Source: a virus. Taken from it: 64,000 nucleotides of DNA. Of the stretch, positions 36,023-45,969 are shown one piece after another. Below the pieces are notes generated by a model. The model saw only the letters and a list, made by a program, of their open reading frames with translations. It had not been told where the DNA came from and made no database searches. The first letter of the stretch is position 1. The number at the start of each line of letters is the position of its first letter. Location: the IMG/VR virus record IMGVR_UViG_3300027708_000022, positions 98,043 to 162,042 of that record; one strand, 5' to 3'. Position numbers and translations under genes: made by a program.

Positions 36023-37294
36023 CTATTCAAAAAATGATTCTAAGGTAGATTTTTCTGTCTTTGGATATTCTGAATTTCCTCTACGAAATACCCAGACTGG
36101 TTCAATAAACACACCTTTATGCTCTGCCGTATTTGGTCTTGCCATCATACGCATACCTATCTTACCAACATAAAAAGAGTCTTTAAATGACTTAAAATGA
36201 TCGACCATGTCATCACATAGATTGAGTCGTTTAGACCCCTTGGTGCGCGGTTCTATGATGTTTATCATCATGTATCCGTTGTGTTTGATTGTCTTCCAAA
36301 CAGCCTCAGTTACCTTAAAGAAGAAGTCATATTTCCATCCTTTAAACGAATCATACCTTGCCCACGATTGATTATCTACCTTATCATTATCTGTACCATA
36401 TTTCTCTGTTTCAAAATATGGCGGAGAGGTAAAGTAGAAATCAAAGGTATCAACATACAAATCCCAATTCACATCTTCGGATGGTAAGTTCCATATCTTA
36501 ACTGTTTTTAAACCAATGCATTCAAAATAATCTTTCGTTTCAATTAACTGTGGTTTTCCACCAATCATTGTTTCATAAGCTATACATTGTTTTTTATACA
36601 CCTCAAATACATCAGGATTAGGATCACAACCAACGTACAACTTAGTTCCTGGTGTTCCATAGAAACCAGCAAGCCTATCACCCCAACCACAAGATGTATC
36701 TAATACATTTATTGCATTATGTTTTTCATATAATGCCTTTGCAACTGATGGTTTGAATTGTGTTGCGGTATATACACCAAGTCTAAAGGCTTCACGAAAA
36801 GAGATTTCATTTAAATCTTTATCTTGCATAACACCTGGACGCCAAAATGTCCAATTCATCTTACTCAGCTTGTCTTTATTATTCCATATGTCTGACGGTG
36901 CGAATGATGAATTCGATCCACACTTCATTCTATTTTTTTGTTGAAAATAATCACTTACTTTGTTGAAGAAATTAGATTTATCAATAACACCCAAAGGCAT
37001 ATCTGAATATTTGTATTTGTATTCATATCTTTCTTCAACAACATCAAAGTCTTTATATTGATCGTAATGCTGTCGGTGATAAAAATTTCTGAATGAGGTT
37101 TCTATCTCATGATATTCATATTCATTTGTTGGAAAAGGAATATTGTTTCGATGCACATATTCAGCCAAAGATTGACGAATATCATCTTTATCATATTGAG
37201 CTATAAACTCAAGCCAAGCAGAATTACTGATATTAGGAATGCCACGAGCATCACAGTTATCGGCAAAGTATTTTACTATTTCTTCTTTAATCAT
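36023..37294 (-). CDS. amino-type DNA methyltransferase-like protein
   Basis: VLDTSCGWGDRL (SAM motif I) and FTSPPYF (motif IV). Confidence 0.8.
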   Translation of the reverse strand: MIKEEIVKYFADNCDARGIPNISNSAWLEFIAQYDKDDIRQSLAEYVHRNNIPFPTNEYEYHEIETSFRNFYHRQHYDQYKDFDVVEERYEYKYKYSDMPLGVIDKSNFFNKVSDYFQQKNRMKCGSNSSFAPSDIWNNKDKLSKMNWTFWRPGVMQDKDLNEISFREAFRLGVYTATQFKPSVAKALYEKHNAINVLDTSCGWGDRLAGFYGTPGTKLYVGCDPNPDVFEVYKKQCIAYETMIGGKPQLIETKDYFECIGLKTVKIWNLPSEDVNWDLYVDTFDFYFTSPPYFETEKYGTDNDKVDNQSWARYDSFKGWKYDFFFKVTEAVWKTIKHNGYMMINIIEPRTKGSKRLNLCDDMVDHFKSFKDSFYVGKIGMRMMARPNTAEHKGVFIEPVWVFRRGNSEYPKTEKSTLESFFE

Positions 37295-37890
37295 AAGGAT
37301 ATTTTATCTTCAAATTTGTAGCACTTCTTTAAAAATCTATTATACACTATCGAATCATTTTTTGCAAACAATTCTTGGTACTTTTCCATAATACACGAAA
37401 AGCTTAGTAGTCTAAGGTCTATTACTGCCTCTAGAGCATAGGCGTCAATCTCATCATAGTCGCCGTAATATTCCATATCATATTTTAATTCTTCATCAGC
37501 AACCGTGCTTCGGTATTTCCTACAAAATACCTTTCCTCTTTTACGAAATTGATAACGGTGTCTCTTCTCATGTACATAAGTCTTAAACATTTCATCAATG
37601 ATTAGTTTAGCACCACCCTCACAAATGTCAAATTGTATTTTCTTATCATCTTCGTTAAACACAATATACAATTCAATAGAGCTATCACCAAACTGTTTCA
37701 TTGGATCAAAGAAACCACCAATCGTGTAACCACTCAATGCAGCGTTAGACTCATCAATGATTCGACTAACAGGTATGTTATGTTGTTTCATCATCTTACG
37801 AGACCAATACATTATCTGCCCCATAGTTTTAGCACCAACAAACTTTGGAGCAAAGGAATGCATCTTCTTATATAGGGCTTTATACTTCAT
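37291..37890 (-). CDS. hypothetical protein with HExxH motif (metallopeptidase-like)
   Basis: VHEKRH..Q...EIDAYA. Confidence 0.65.
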   Translation of the reverse strand: MKYKALYKKMHSFAPKFVGAKTMGQIMYWSRKMMKQHNIPVSRIIDESNAALSGYTIGGFFDPMKQFGDSSIELYIVFNEDDKKIQFDICEGGAKLIIDEMFKTYVHEKRHRYQFRKRGKVFCRKYRSTVADEELKYDMEYYGDYDEIDAYALEAVIDLRLLSFSCIMEKYQELFAKNDSIVYNRFLKKCYKFEDKISL

Positions 37891-39293
37891 TATATCTTAA
37901 CACCGTCAAACTTGGAATTGAATCTACGTTCTCTGTTACCAAATGTGTTCAATGGCTTATCATCATCAGGTACACCAGTATCTACAATACCGGTCTGAGC
38001 AGATGGTTCTGCATCATACAACCGCATCTTGGATCTATCAACACCAACAACAAATCGTTTATACAGGTTTGGATCACCATAGCGATTCTTCAGTTGTTTA
38101 ACCATAATCTGATTCAACTGTTCAAGTTCTTCTGTACTAATCAAAGCAAACATAAAATCGGCCGTTGCAGGCAAACCAAATGACTCTGAAGTATCTTCTA
38201 GACCAACATCGGTGTTACTGAAACCACTACGAGTTGTTTGTGTGGCACTCACAACAGGCACAGCAAACTCTACAGCCAGACCTCTCAATTCTTCTGCAAT
38301 AGATTTAATATAGGCATATGAATTGATACTTGCACCCATCTTAATTCTACTTGAACAACAGATGTTCAGGTAATCAATAAAGATAATATCTGGTGTAAAA
38401 TTCTTCTTCAGTTTTAACTCATTCAACAAAGAACGGAAATGTCCCGCATGAGCAGAAGCTGTTGGATATTCTTTGATGATTAGTTTACCTTGTGTCTTAT
38501 CTTTCAGGACACCAAACTTACGCAGGTAATCTTCACGGGTCAATGTTTGTAATTCACTCAGGTCAACATTCAATAAGTTTGCATCAATACGTTCAGCAAT
38601 TCTTTCTTCTGCCATTTCCATCGTGATATACAATACATTCTTACCTTGACTCAAAGCCGCAGCAGAGCAATGGCACATGAACAAGGATTTACCAACACCA
38701 GTTCCAGCCAATGCGATGTTCAAGGTCTTAACTGGAAAACCACCCTTTGTAATTTTGTTGAACAAGTCAAGGTCAAATCGAATACGAGATTCAACACGGT
38801 GATAGAAATCATACCGTGAATCTGAATCGTTTAAGTAATCATGACCAACAGAGTTATCAAATGAAATGCCAAGAGCATCACTCAATAGTTTTGGGATTTC
38901 ACCTTTAGATTTCATGTGTGTCTTGTCATCTAGAATTGAAACAGATTCCATGATGGCGTTATATATGGCTTTGTCCTGGCAAAACTTTTCTGTTTGCTCT
39001 GTTAACCATTGTTGTTCACTTGGATCTTTATCATCATGTATTTCATTTAGCAAAGTAATTGCATTACGGACTTCTGGTTCTGACAAATTACTTTCGGTGA
39101 AATTGATGACTAGAGCTTCGTGTGTTGGTAGGGTTTTAAACTTGCTTGTGAAATTATATATTGCTTTAAATACATTTCTTTCCGTTAAATCCGAAAAGTA
39201 ATCTTGTTTAATGAATGGTACGACTTTACGAGCATACTCTTCACAATAAATCAGATTCTTCAGGATCGTGGTTTCCAATCTTTTCATTATCAC
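37890..39293 (-). CDS. gp41: replicative helicase (T4 gp41-like)
   Basis: AGTGVGKS, ITMEMAEE, IDYLNIC, TSESFGLPATAD, QLKNRY. Confidence 0.95.
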   Translation of the reverse strand: MIMKRLETTILKNLIYCEEYARKVVPFIKQDYFSDLTERNVFKAIYNFTSKFKTLPTHEALVINFTESNLSEPEVRNAITLLNEIHDDKDPSEQQWLTEQTEKFCQDKAIYNAIMESVSILDDKTHMKSKGEIPKLLSDALGISFDNSVGHDYLNDSDSRYDFYHRVESRIRFDLDLFNKITKGGFPVKTLNIALAGTGVGKSLFMCHCSAAALSQGKNVLYITMEMAEERIAERIDANLLNVDLSELQTLTREDYLRKFGVLKDKTQGKLIIKEYPTASAHAGHFRSLLNELKLKKNFTPDIIFIDYLNICCSSRIKMGASINSYAYIKSIAEELRGLAVEFAVPVVSATQTTRSGFSNTDVGLEDTSESFGLPATADFMFALISTEELEQLNQIMVKQLKNRYGDPNLYKRFVVGVDRSKMRLYDAEPSAQTGIVDTGVPDDDKPLNTFGNRERRFNSKFDGVKI

Positions 39294-39582
39294 CCTTAGT
39301 TAAAATTTCAGAAAGTACATCTCCCATTATTGTAACAAATCCCTCATCTTTTTGCAAGAGGTCTATGTCGTGTTTGCCTGGGTTAACTAATGTAAATCCA
39401 AACTCTAACGTGGCAAATTCACCTTGCTCTTTTACTCGGACTTTGCCATAATGGTAGACTACACCAGAATACTCACCTTTGAGTACCATAATGCCTGTAA
39501 GGTCAGAATCGGTGAAGTCTATAAATTTATAGTCCTCACCTTCCTTCGGCACTATCTTTTTCTTGCGGCCGAAATTAAACAT
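39241..39582 (-). CDS. gp40: gp40-like head assembly chaperone
   Basis: Size and T4-syntenic position between uvsX and gp41. Confidence 0.55.
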   Translation of the reverse strand: MFNFGRKKKIVPKEGEDYKFIDFTDSDLTGIMVLKGEYSGVVYHYGKVRVKEQGEFATLEFGFTLVNPGKHDIDLLQKDEGFVTIMGDVLSEILTKGDNEKIGNHDPEESDLL

Positions 39583-40676
39583 TACTCATCATCCTCTTGT
39601 AGTAATTGTGATTCAGGTTCTTCTAATTCTTCTTCATCTTGCAACAAACTACCGTATGCAATGCCGTATTTTTGCTTGATGTGTTCTTTGAATTTTTCAC
39701 TCTTCATAATTGGATTCCAAAATTCAGAAGTCTGTGTTTTGTCAAATGGCATCATTTCACCGACTTCACCAGTTTCTTGGTCAACCACAGCATAGCCAGT
39801 TGAACGACTATACTTACCAACTGAAACCATATTTGCTTCGGTTGCTAATTCTAATAGACCAGAATATTTTTGAATACCACCATCAAATGTAACTAAGAAG
39901 GGAAACTTTGACTTCTCTTTTACGAAACGAGATTTCTCAATATTGATTGTAAAATTATAACCAAGCAATTCTTTATCACCAGATGCTGATTTTTCTTGTG
40001 CTTTACCAATAATGAAAACTTGATTAGCAGAATACATACCACCAGTACCACCAGACATGACAGCCTTAGAGTACATCTCCATTGTTTGATAGGTGTGATT
40101 AACCGCAATCATTGGCAGGTCTTTTATAGTCAAGTGTGGCGTAACAATACGCCACAATGATTTCATTACACGAGCTCTTGTCATATCTGCAACAGATTTA
40201 CCATCTAGCGCATCTTCAACTTCTTTTTTGGATGCCAAATTACCAACAGAATCAATAAAAATAATAGCTTTATCACCACGCTCAATAACTTCAAGTCGTT
40301 GTGAAATATCAAACTTCAATTGTTCAAGGTGTTCGATTTGTATATGAATAACACGGCTGGTGTCGATACCATTTGTTTGAATATACTCTGGTGTAATACC
40401 AAATTCAGAATCATAGAATAGACAAACAGCATCTTTGTATTTGTCCATGTAGGCCTTAACAAGAACCAGACCTAGTAATGATTTGAAATGTCGTGATGGA
40501 CCGGCAAGAAAAGTTAAACCGGAAATAAGACCGCCTTCTGGATCAGCAGACATGGCAATATTAATAATTGGCACATCTGTTACGATTGGGTCTTTTTTGT
40601 TGAAGAATGTTGATTCACTCAATACTTCTGCCGATTTGATCGAACCGGACTTTTTTAGTTTGTCTAATAGACTCAT
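39582..40676 (-). CDS. uvsX: RecA-like recombinase
   Basis: AGPSRHFKS, FYDSEFG, IDSVGNLASKKE, MSGGTG, KSRFVKEK. Confidence 0.95.
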   Translation of the reverse strand: MSLLDKLKKSGSIKSAEVLSESTFFNKKDPIVTDVPIINIAMSADPEGGLISGLTFLAGPSRHFKSLLGLVLVKAYMDKYKDAVCLFYDSEFGITPEYIQTNGIDTSRVIHIQIEHLEQLKFDISQRLEVIERGDKAIIFIDSVGNLASKKEVEDALDGKSVADMTRARVMKSLWRIVTPHLTIKDLPMIAVNHTYQTMEMYSKAVMSGGTGGMYSANQVFIIGKAQEKSASGDKELLGYNFTINIEKSRFVKEKSKFPFLVTFDGGIQKYSGLLELATEANMVSVGKYSRSTGYAVVDQETGEVGEMMPFDKTQTSEFWNPIMKSEKFKEHIKQKYGIAYGSLLQDEEELEEPESQLLQEDDE

Positions 40677-40746
40677 TTGTTTTCCTTAATGTTGATTGTT
40701 TTAAAGAGGGTTACTATCCCTCTACTAGTATGTATAACAGTTATTA

Positions 40747-41298
40747 CTAATATGGCTTGTTGTTTTTGTGTGGAACATCAAACACAAAGGTAATTCTTGT
40801 ACAATCGCCGACATTAACTGTGCCATGCATCTTCTTATTGTTGAACCATAATAATGTTCCAGGTTCTACAATTGTTACATCGTCTCCACAATGGTATTCA
40901 TACCTTCCCTGTATTGATAGGTGATACCTATCTTTAGTTAAGTAATATGTACCTACATCAATGTGGCTATCTACTACACCACCAATCGGTAGAGACAAAT
41001 AACCGCAACGCCTAAAATTCTTAAAGTGTCTCTGTAAGAATCTAACCATTTCGGTGTGTTTATGGAATGCTGGAGTTGGTACACATATCTCTGTATCACC
41101 AACAAAATCATTCACACTTCTTACGCCACCAACAACCAGTTGCAAAACATCAGCACTTAGTTCTTGGTAGCCATAATTCAATAAAGAATCAACATTATCC
41201 ATTTTAGACTGGCTACCCCAATCTTCTGGATGTTGTTCCAATTGTTTCAACATCTTAGAGACATTGATGCCTGTTTTTATGATTCTAATATCGTTCAA
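40747..41298 (-). CDS. Asp/Asn beta-hydroxylase-family 2OG-Fe(II) oxygenase
   Basis: HID.G.YY...RYHL...WFNNKKMH...N...RI..VFD. Confidence 0.8.
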   Translation of the reverse strand: MNDIRIIKTGINVSKMLKQLEQHPEDWGSQSKMDNVDSLLNYGYQELSADVLQLVVGGVRSVNDFVGDTEICVPTPAFHKHTEMVRFLQRHFKNFRRCGYLSLPIGGVVDSHIDVGTYYLTKDRYHLSIQGRYEYHCGDDVTIVEPGTLLWFNNKKMHGTVNVGDCTRITFVFDVPHKNNKPY

Positions 41299-43826
41299 TT
41301 AAAGAAATCCTGTAGTGAACTGGTTTTTTCTGTAGTCCAACCAACACAATTTAAAATCACTTTGATTGGCTCGAGAAAGGCCTTCTCAAATTGTAAATCA
41401 TAATCAATATATTCATGCAGACCAAATTCTTTTGGCAGTCTAACAGGATATGAAATCACATTATCTTTAAATTTATTTGGTTGTCTGAGATAAGTATATT
41501 TCAACTTCTCACCTTCTTTAATGTATGGGTATTGTTTATCTAAGCCGAGAGTTTTCAAATAGTGATTGTAAAGAATTGCACCACGAACTTGAATTGGTGT
41601 GCCTTTCTTATACATCATCACTTTGTCTGAGTACTCTTTTATACCATTACATCCACGAGGGAAAGAAACTTCTTCAGGTGGTAATCCCCAAAACTCTATA
41701 CGGAAATCAGCAATGAATTTATGGATATCTTCTTCTGTTCCATTCACAACAAGAGAAATAGTCTTTTTCATCTTGTCACGGATAACCGATGGTGTTGATG
41801 ATTTAACCATTTCAAGACCCATAACTTTCAGGTGTGGTTCATTGTACTGAACGCCTTCGTTATTGTATACGTTTAAGATATACCGTTTCTTGGCAGTCCA
41901 GATACCTTTGTCAGATAGGCCTTCACGTTTCATCTGCATCTTCTGAGCATAGGCATGGACATATTCAGCCAACTCTTCGTATGATTTATCAATGAACGGT
42001 TGAATCTTATCTTCACAGATTTTATCCATGAGAGAAATAACCTTTTGTTTATCGGATGTATCTTTAATAAACTTATCAACAAGTTCGGCCATGCGGAGGT
42101 AAATTGAATCTGTATCAGAAGCAATAACATAATCAGCATCTGTATTCAATAACTTATTCATATACTGATTGATCTTAGCTTCAATCCAACGAATAGACAA
42201 TTGACCGGCACTGGTTACACCAAGAGCCAAACGTAAATCATAGAAACGAAAGTATTGTGAACCAAGAGCACCGTAGGCAGAATTTAACGATAACTTCTTT
42301 GCAAGTTGTAGGTTGTTGAATCTAGCAATACGTTTTTCAATATCATACTTCTTACTTTCATCTTTCTCATTCTCATACTCTTGTTGAGCCTTGAGCATCA
42401 TCTTCTTAAATTTCTTACGATCATCATACATTTCTTCCATCATTTTAGGTAAGAAACCTTGAACATCTGTCCGAAAGAATTGGCCATTAGGTGTTAGTGT
42501 AACACCTTTCAGTTTACTTGTATCAACACTTTTATTCAACACCTTATCAACAGAAACACCATTCATAATAATACTACGCATATCATCGGTGTAATCTGCC
42601 ACTTCGATTAGTGTTTCTGGTGAAATGTTATACTGCATCATCAGGTGTGGATAAAGACTATTCAAGTCAAAACTAGCAACCCAATTGTGCAAACCAACTT
42701 GTGGTTCTTTAACATATGCACCTTCAAATGCAGAGGACTTATCTTTAGTAACTTTAGGTGGAACAACAATGCCTTTTTCCAAAAGATAGGAATAAGTCAG
42801 GGCATCCCACATACGAGTCTGTGCAAAGATATCTTCATAGTTGGACTTTGTATCGTAGGCCAAAGTAAGACCAAGCTCAAGCAACTTCAACTTATCTTCC
42901 AAGCGGATGATAAGGTCAACGTCTTTGATGTTATACTCAATAAACTTTTGAAAATTCTCACGATATAAAGCATGAAGGTTATCATACTCATCATACGAAA
43001 GTTTACTATCACCAAGTTCTGCATTAGCAATAGTCTCAAGTTTATTATCTTCTTGTGACTTGCCATTCGGCGCATACCAACGATATAACTCCATGTAATC
43101 TAATGAAGATACACCAAGGATTTCATATACAATCTTTTCGCTGTTATTAGCAGATACCTTGCGCTCACTAATCATACCCCATGGTGATAGTTTCTTAACT
43201 TCATCTTCACCTACAATTTTAGTCAGTCGATTAACCAAATATGGAATATCAAAAAACTTTGTGTACCAACCAGTAACAACATCCGGACAATTATCTTGCC
43301 AATATTGTAGAAATGATTTACATAAGGTGTACTCATCTTTACACTTGATGTAGTTCTCTTTGCCTTTCGTTTCATATTCACCACAGCCAAACACCACCGT
43401 TTCACCTTTCAGAAAGGTGATACAGATTGCGGTAATAGGCTCAGTAGCAAGGTGCGGTTCAGGAAATCCATTCTCAGAACCAACCTCAATATCAATGACT
43501 GCAATGGAGATATCATCAATATTCCAATCAATCATATTTGGATGTTCATCAGCAATAAATGCATACTGATATCCCGTGTTGCCATAGATTTTGAAATTAG
43601 ATACTTCATCATATCTCTTAACAAAATCACGAGCCTCACGGATGGATTCAAACTTCATTGGTTCAAGATATTCACCGTTGAGAGTTTTGAATTTTGTTTC
43701 TTTCTTCGCTGGCAGAAATAGAGTGGGCGTATAGCCAATTTTCATCTTGACTCTACGCCCATCTTTGATGCCACGGTATAGAATGTTGTTGCCCACCATG
43801 GCAACATTTGTGTAATATTTAATCAT
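41295..43826 (-). CDS. gp43: family B DNA polymerase (T4 gp43-like)
   Basis: DIEV, SFDLNSLYP, K...NSAYG, SDTDS, KKRY, KSSTP. Confidence 0.97.
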   Translation of the reverse strand: MIKYYTNVAMVGNNILYRGIKDGRRVKMKIGYTPTLFLPAKKETKFKTLNGEYLEPMKFESIREARDFVKRYDEVSNFKIYGNTGYQYAFIADEHPNMIDWNIDDISIAVIDIEVGSENGFPEPHLATEPITAICITFLKGETVVFGCGEYETKGKENYIKCKDEYTLCKSFLQYWQDNCPDVVTGWYTKFFDIPYLVNRLTKIVGEDEVKKLSPWGMISERKVSANNSEKIVYEILGVSSLDYMELYRWYAPNGKSQEDNKLETIANAELGDSKLSYDEYDNLHALYRENFQKFIEYNIKDVDLIIRLEDKLKLLELGLTLAYDTKSNYEDIFAQTRMWDALTYSYLLEKGIVVPPKVTKDKSSAFEGAYVKEPQVGLHNWVASFDLNSLYPHLMMQYNISPETLIEVADYTDDMRSIIMNGVSVDKVLNKSVDTSKLKGVTLTPNGQFFRTDVQGFLPKMMEEMYDDRKKFKKMMLKAQQEYENEKDESKKYDIEKRIARFNNLQLAKKLSLNSAYGALGSQYFRFYDLRLALGVTSAGQLSIRWIEAKINQYMNKLLNTDADYVIASDTDSIYLRMAELVDKFIKDTSDKQKVISLMDKICEDKIQPFIDKSYEELAEYVHAYAQKMQMKREGLSDKGIWTAKKRYILNVYNNEGVQYNEPHLKVMGLEMVKSSTPSVIRDKMKKTISLVVNGTEEDIHKFIADFRIEFWGLPPEEVSFPRGCNGIKEYSDKVMMYKKGTPIQVRGAILYNHYLKTLGLDKQYPYIKEGEKLKYTYLRQPNKFKDNVISYPVRLPKEFGLHEYIDYDLQFEKAFLEPIKVILNCVGWTTEKTSSLQDFFN

Positions 43827-43838
43827 TCATCCATTATA

Positions 43839-44156
43839 TCAGAGTTTAGGGATGGAAGTGGCAATTTGGATTCCGCTCCCAAAGATTTTACTATATTGAT
43901 TCATTACTTCCTTAACTGGTGTCGAAATCATCAAAATGTCATCATTATAAATTTTGAATCCAGTTCTGAATTCTTCTGCATATTCCACAAAAGGAGAGAA
44001 TGCAATAGTTGTTGTTTCATTTGGACCTTGTGGCGGAACAGATACAACTTGAACTGGATATTTTATTAATGTGTAGGCAATATTATTTGCCACAGCCTGT
44101 TCAATATCACCTAGAATTGTATGATTCGTTTTGAGTGTTATTAATTTTAGTGACAT
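43839..44156 (-). CDS. conserved hypothetical protein (Sm-like fold?)
   Basis: LKLITLKTNHTILG...YSKIFGSGI. Confidence 0.7.
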   Translation of the reverse strand: MSLKLITLKTNHTILGDIEQAVANNIAYTLIKYPVQVVSVPPQGPNETTTIAFSPFVEYAEEFRTGFKIYNDDILMISTPVKEVMNQYSKIFGSGIQIATSIPKL

Positions 44157-44380
44157 TATACAGCCACCTTATATGATGCTTCATATACTGCAAGGGTAAC
44201 CCAGCGTTTTGGGAATAACATTTCACGACCACGGAAGTCATTCATGTTAAGAGTTGGGTCTTGTATCAGACCAATCAATTCAACCTTGTTGTCGAATTCA
44301 CGGAGAAATAAATCATACTTATCGGCACGTGGAAGTTTATGTTCTACAGCCATCTTTTTTGCGAGTTCACGAATGTTCAT
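44156..44380 (-). CDS. hypothetical protein
   Basis: 74-aa ORF under a sigma70-like promoter. Confidence 0.65.
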   Translation of the reverse strand: MNIRELAKKMAVEHKLPRADKYDLFLREFDNKVELIGLIQDPTLNMNDFRGREMLFPKRWVTLAVYEASYKVAV

Positions 44381-44408
44381 TTTAGGACCTTATTAACATA
44401 GAAAAATC

Positions 44409-44437
44409 ATTATAACATATTACTTGTTATCGTGCAA
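44409..44437 (-). promoter_or_regulatory. sigma70-like promoter
   Basis: TTGCAC-17-TATAAT with TG extension. Confidence 0.65.
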
Positions 44438-44440
44438 GGA

Positions 44441-44797
44441 TTATGTTACTATAAATGGGGTTAAGTTTGGAGGTTGCCAGCCTTCAGGTTTTAATACTTT
44501 ACCGTCATGGCGTTTGTTCACCTTACCTGTGGCAGAATCAATCTTACTTAGGTTAGATTTAGCAACTTCTTCCCATGCACCCTTTACATCATAGCCTTTT
44601 GCATAGCAGTAACCAAGAATAACCCAAATCATATCCATGCAGGCATCAAGCTGTTCAACTTCATCTTCTTGGTGTCTGGCTACAAGAAATTCATTATACT
44701 CTTCTTCAATTAACCTTGTATATAAATTTACACTATCAATTGTTGGTTTTTGGTTACAGGCTTCAATGAAGGTGACTACATCTTTATACATATTCAT
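44441..44797 (-). CDS. MazG/PRA-PH-like NTP pyrophosphatase
   Basis: LIEEEYNEF...EQLDACMD...SNLSK...DGKVLKPEGW. Confidence 0.85.
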   Translation of the reverse strand: MNMYKDVVTFIEACNQKPTIDSVNLYTRLIEEEYNEFLVARHQEDEVEQLDACMDMIWVILGYCYAKGYDVKGAWEEVAKSNLSKIDSATGKVNKRHDGKVLKPEGWQPPNLTPFIVT

Positions 44798-45213
44798 TCT
44801 TTAGTCCTTTCAACAATATCTTTATAACCAGACCATGATGGATGAATACCATCTGGTTGCAAACCACGAATTGGTAATACTTTATCACCATAATATGCAG
44901 CTAATTCTTTCACAATACTTTGAATCTGTTCAATTGACACACCACTACCTTTTGCTACTCCAGCAGGTAGTACCCAAAACACATTCTTAGCACCAACTCG
45001 CTGACGCATCTCAAATAATTCATCATAGGTCTTAACACCCTTATGGTCATTAGAACCTAAACTAATAATGAGTGTGTCGGCATAAAATGAACCCTTGTAC
45101 ATTTTATTAAACTGCCATGTATTGATACCACCTTTACCTTGCAATTCACAATGAGGTGCAAATATCTTGGTACCAACTGCAATACTATCACCGACAATTA
45201 AGCATTCCAACAT
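44794..45213 (-). CDS. SGNH/GDSL-like hydrolase
   Basis: GDSIA, SLGSND, DGIHP. Confidence 0.8.
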   Translation of the reverse strand: MLECLIVGDSIAVGTKIFAPHCELQGKGGINTWQFNKMYKGSFYADTLIISLGSNDHKGVKTYDELFEMRQRVGAKNVFWVLPAGVAKGSGVSIEQIQSIVKELAAYYGDKVLPIRGLQPDGIHPSWSGYKDIVERTKE

Positions 45214-45389
45214 TACTTTCTTTCCTTCAATGATAAATTTGTAACATAAACTGAACCATCTTTCATTTGATAGTCTAGTTTATCACCCACTTTCCAACCA
45301 AGTTTTTCCATAAGTTCTTCTGGCAATTCTACAATAGCGTCACCATTATTACAAATTTCTAAAACTTTACTGTTATACCTTTTTGACAT
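45213..45389 (-). CDS. AbrB/MazE-like DNA-binding protein (58 aa)
   Basis: Manual translation ...IVELPEELMEKLGWKVGDKL... Confidence 0.7.
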   Translation of the reverse strand: MSKRYNSKVLEICNNGDAIVELPEELMEKLGWKVGDKLDYQMKDGSVYVTNLSLKERK

Positions 45390-45879
45390 TGATGTTACAC
45401 TTCTCTAAGAAATCAATACCATCGGTTGAACGATAGGTATTGCGATAGTAAACGGAATTGATTCCGGCCTGGTGTATAATCTTTGCACAATCTAAACAAG
45501 GTGCATGAGTCACAAACAATGCAGCACCATCACTTGAGTTTGTGCTGCGAGCAATCTTTGCGATAGCATTTGTCTCAGCGTGCATTACGTCTGGTTTACT
45601 TTTCAATCCATAGCGGACAACACGACCAACACCATTGTGCCAACCGTTGTAAGGATATGCTGTATCCATCTCTTCTTGGGTCAAATATGGTCCAGAACCC
45701 GGATCCCATACACGATCTTCACAATCATTTGTCCATCCTGATGGCATACCATTGTAACCAATACCAATGATTGTGTTATCTTTTACAACAACACAACCAA
45801 CTTGGAGGCGTTTAGCTGAGGACAACTGAGCATAGACCTCAGCTGCCTTCATGTGTGCATCAATGAATTTCTCTTTCAT
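45373..45879 (-). CDS. cd: dCMP deaminase
   Basis: VGCVVV, GYNG, HAETNAI, PCLDC. Confidence 0.92.
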   Translation of the reverse strand: MKEKFIDAHMKAAEVYAQLSSAKRLQVGCVVVKDNTIIGIGYNGMPSGWTNDCEDRVWDPGSGPYLTQEEMDTAYPYNGWHNGVGRVVRYGLKSKPDVMHAETNAIAKIARSTNSSDGAALFVTHAPCLDCAKIIHQAGINSVYYRNTYRSTDGIDFLEKCNINVKKV

Positions 45880-45901
45880 ACTAAAACCCATTATCAAATT
45901 A

Positions 45902-45909
45902 TATAAATA
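45902..45909 (+). promoter_or_regulatory. T4-type late promoter
   Basis: Exact TATAAATA upstream of the endonuclease leader. Confidence 0.75.
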
Positions 45910-45910
45910 A

Positions 45911-45969
45911 GGTGCTAGTCACGATGCTACCAACATCTACTAGCTCTAACATTAAACAGGAATGTCAGC
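45911..45969 (+). ncRNA. conserved structured leader RNA of endonuclease gene, copy 2
   Basis: GCTAGT-cac-GATG-loop-CATC-t-ACTAGC-tctaaCATT-7nt-AATG-tcagc-ATG; covaries with copy 1. Confidence 0.7.

Noticed and set aside
8432-43826. Introns or inteins in nrdA, nrdB, thyX, gp61, gp41, uvsX, gp43
   Set aside because: All are continuous, of normal length and without splice motifs.
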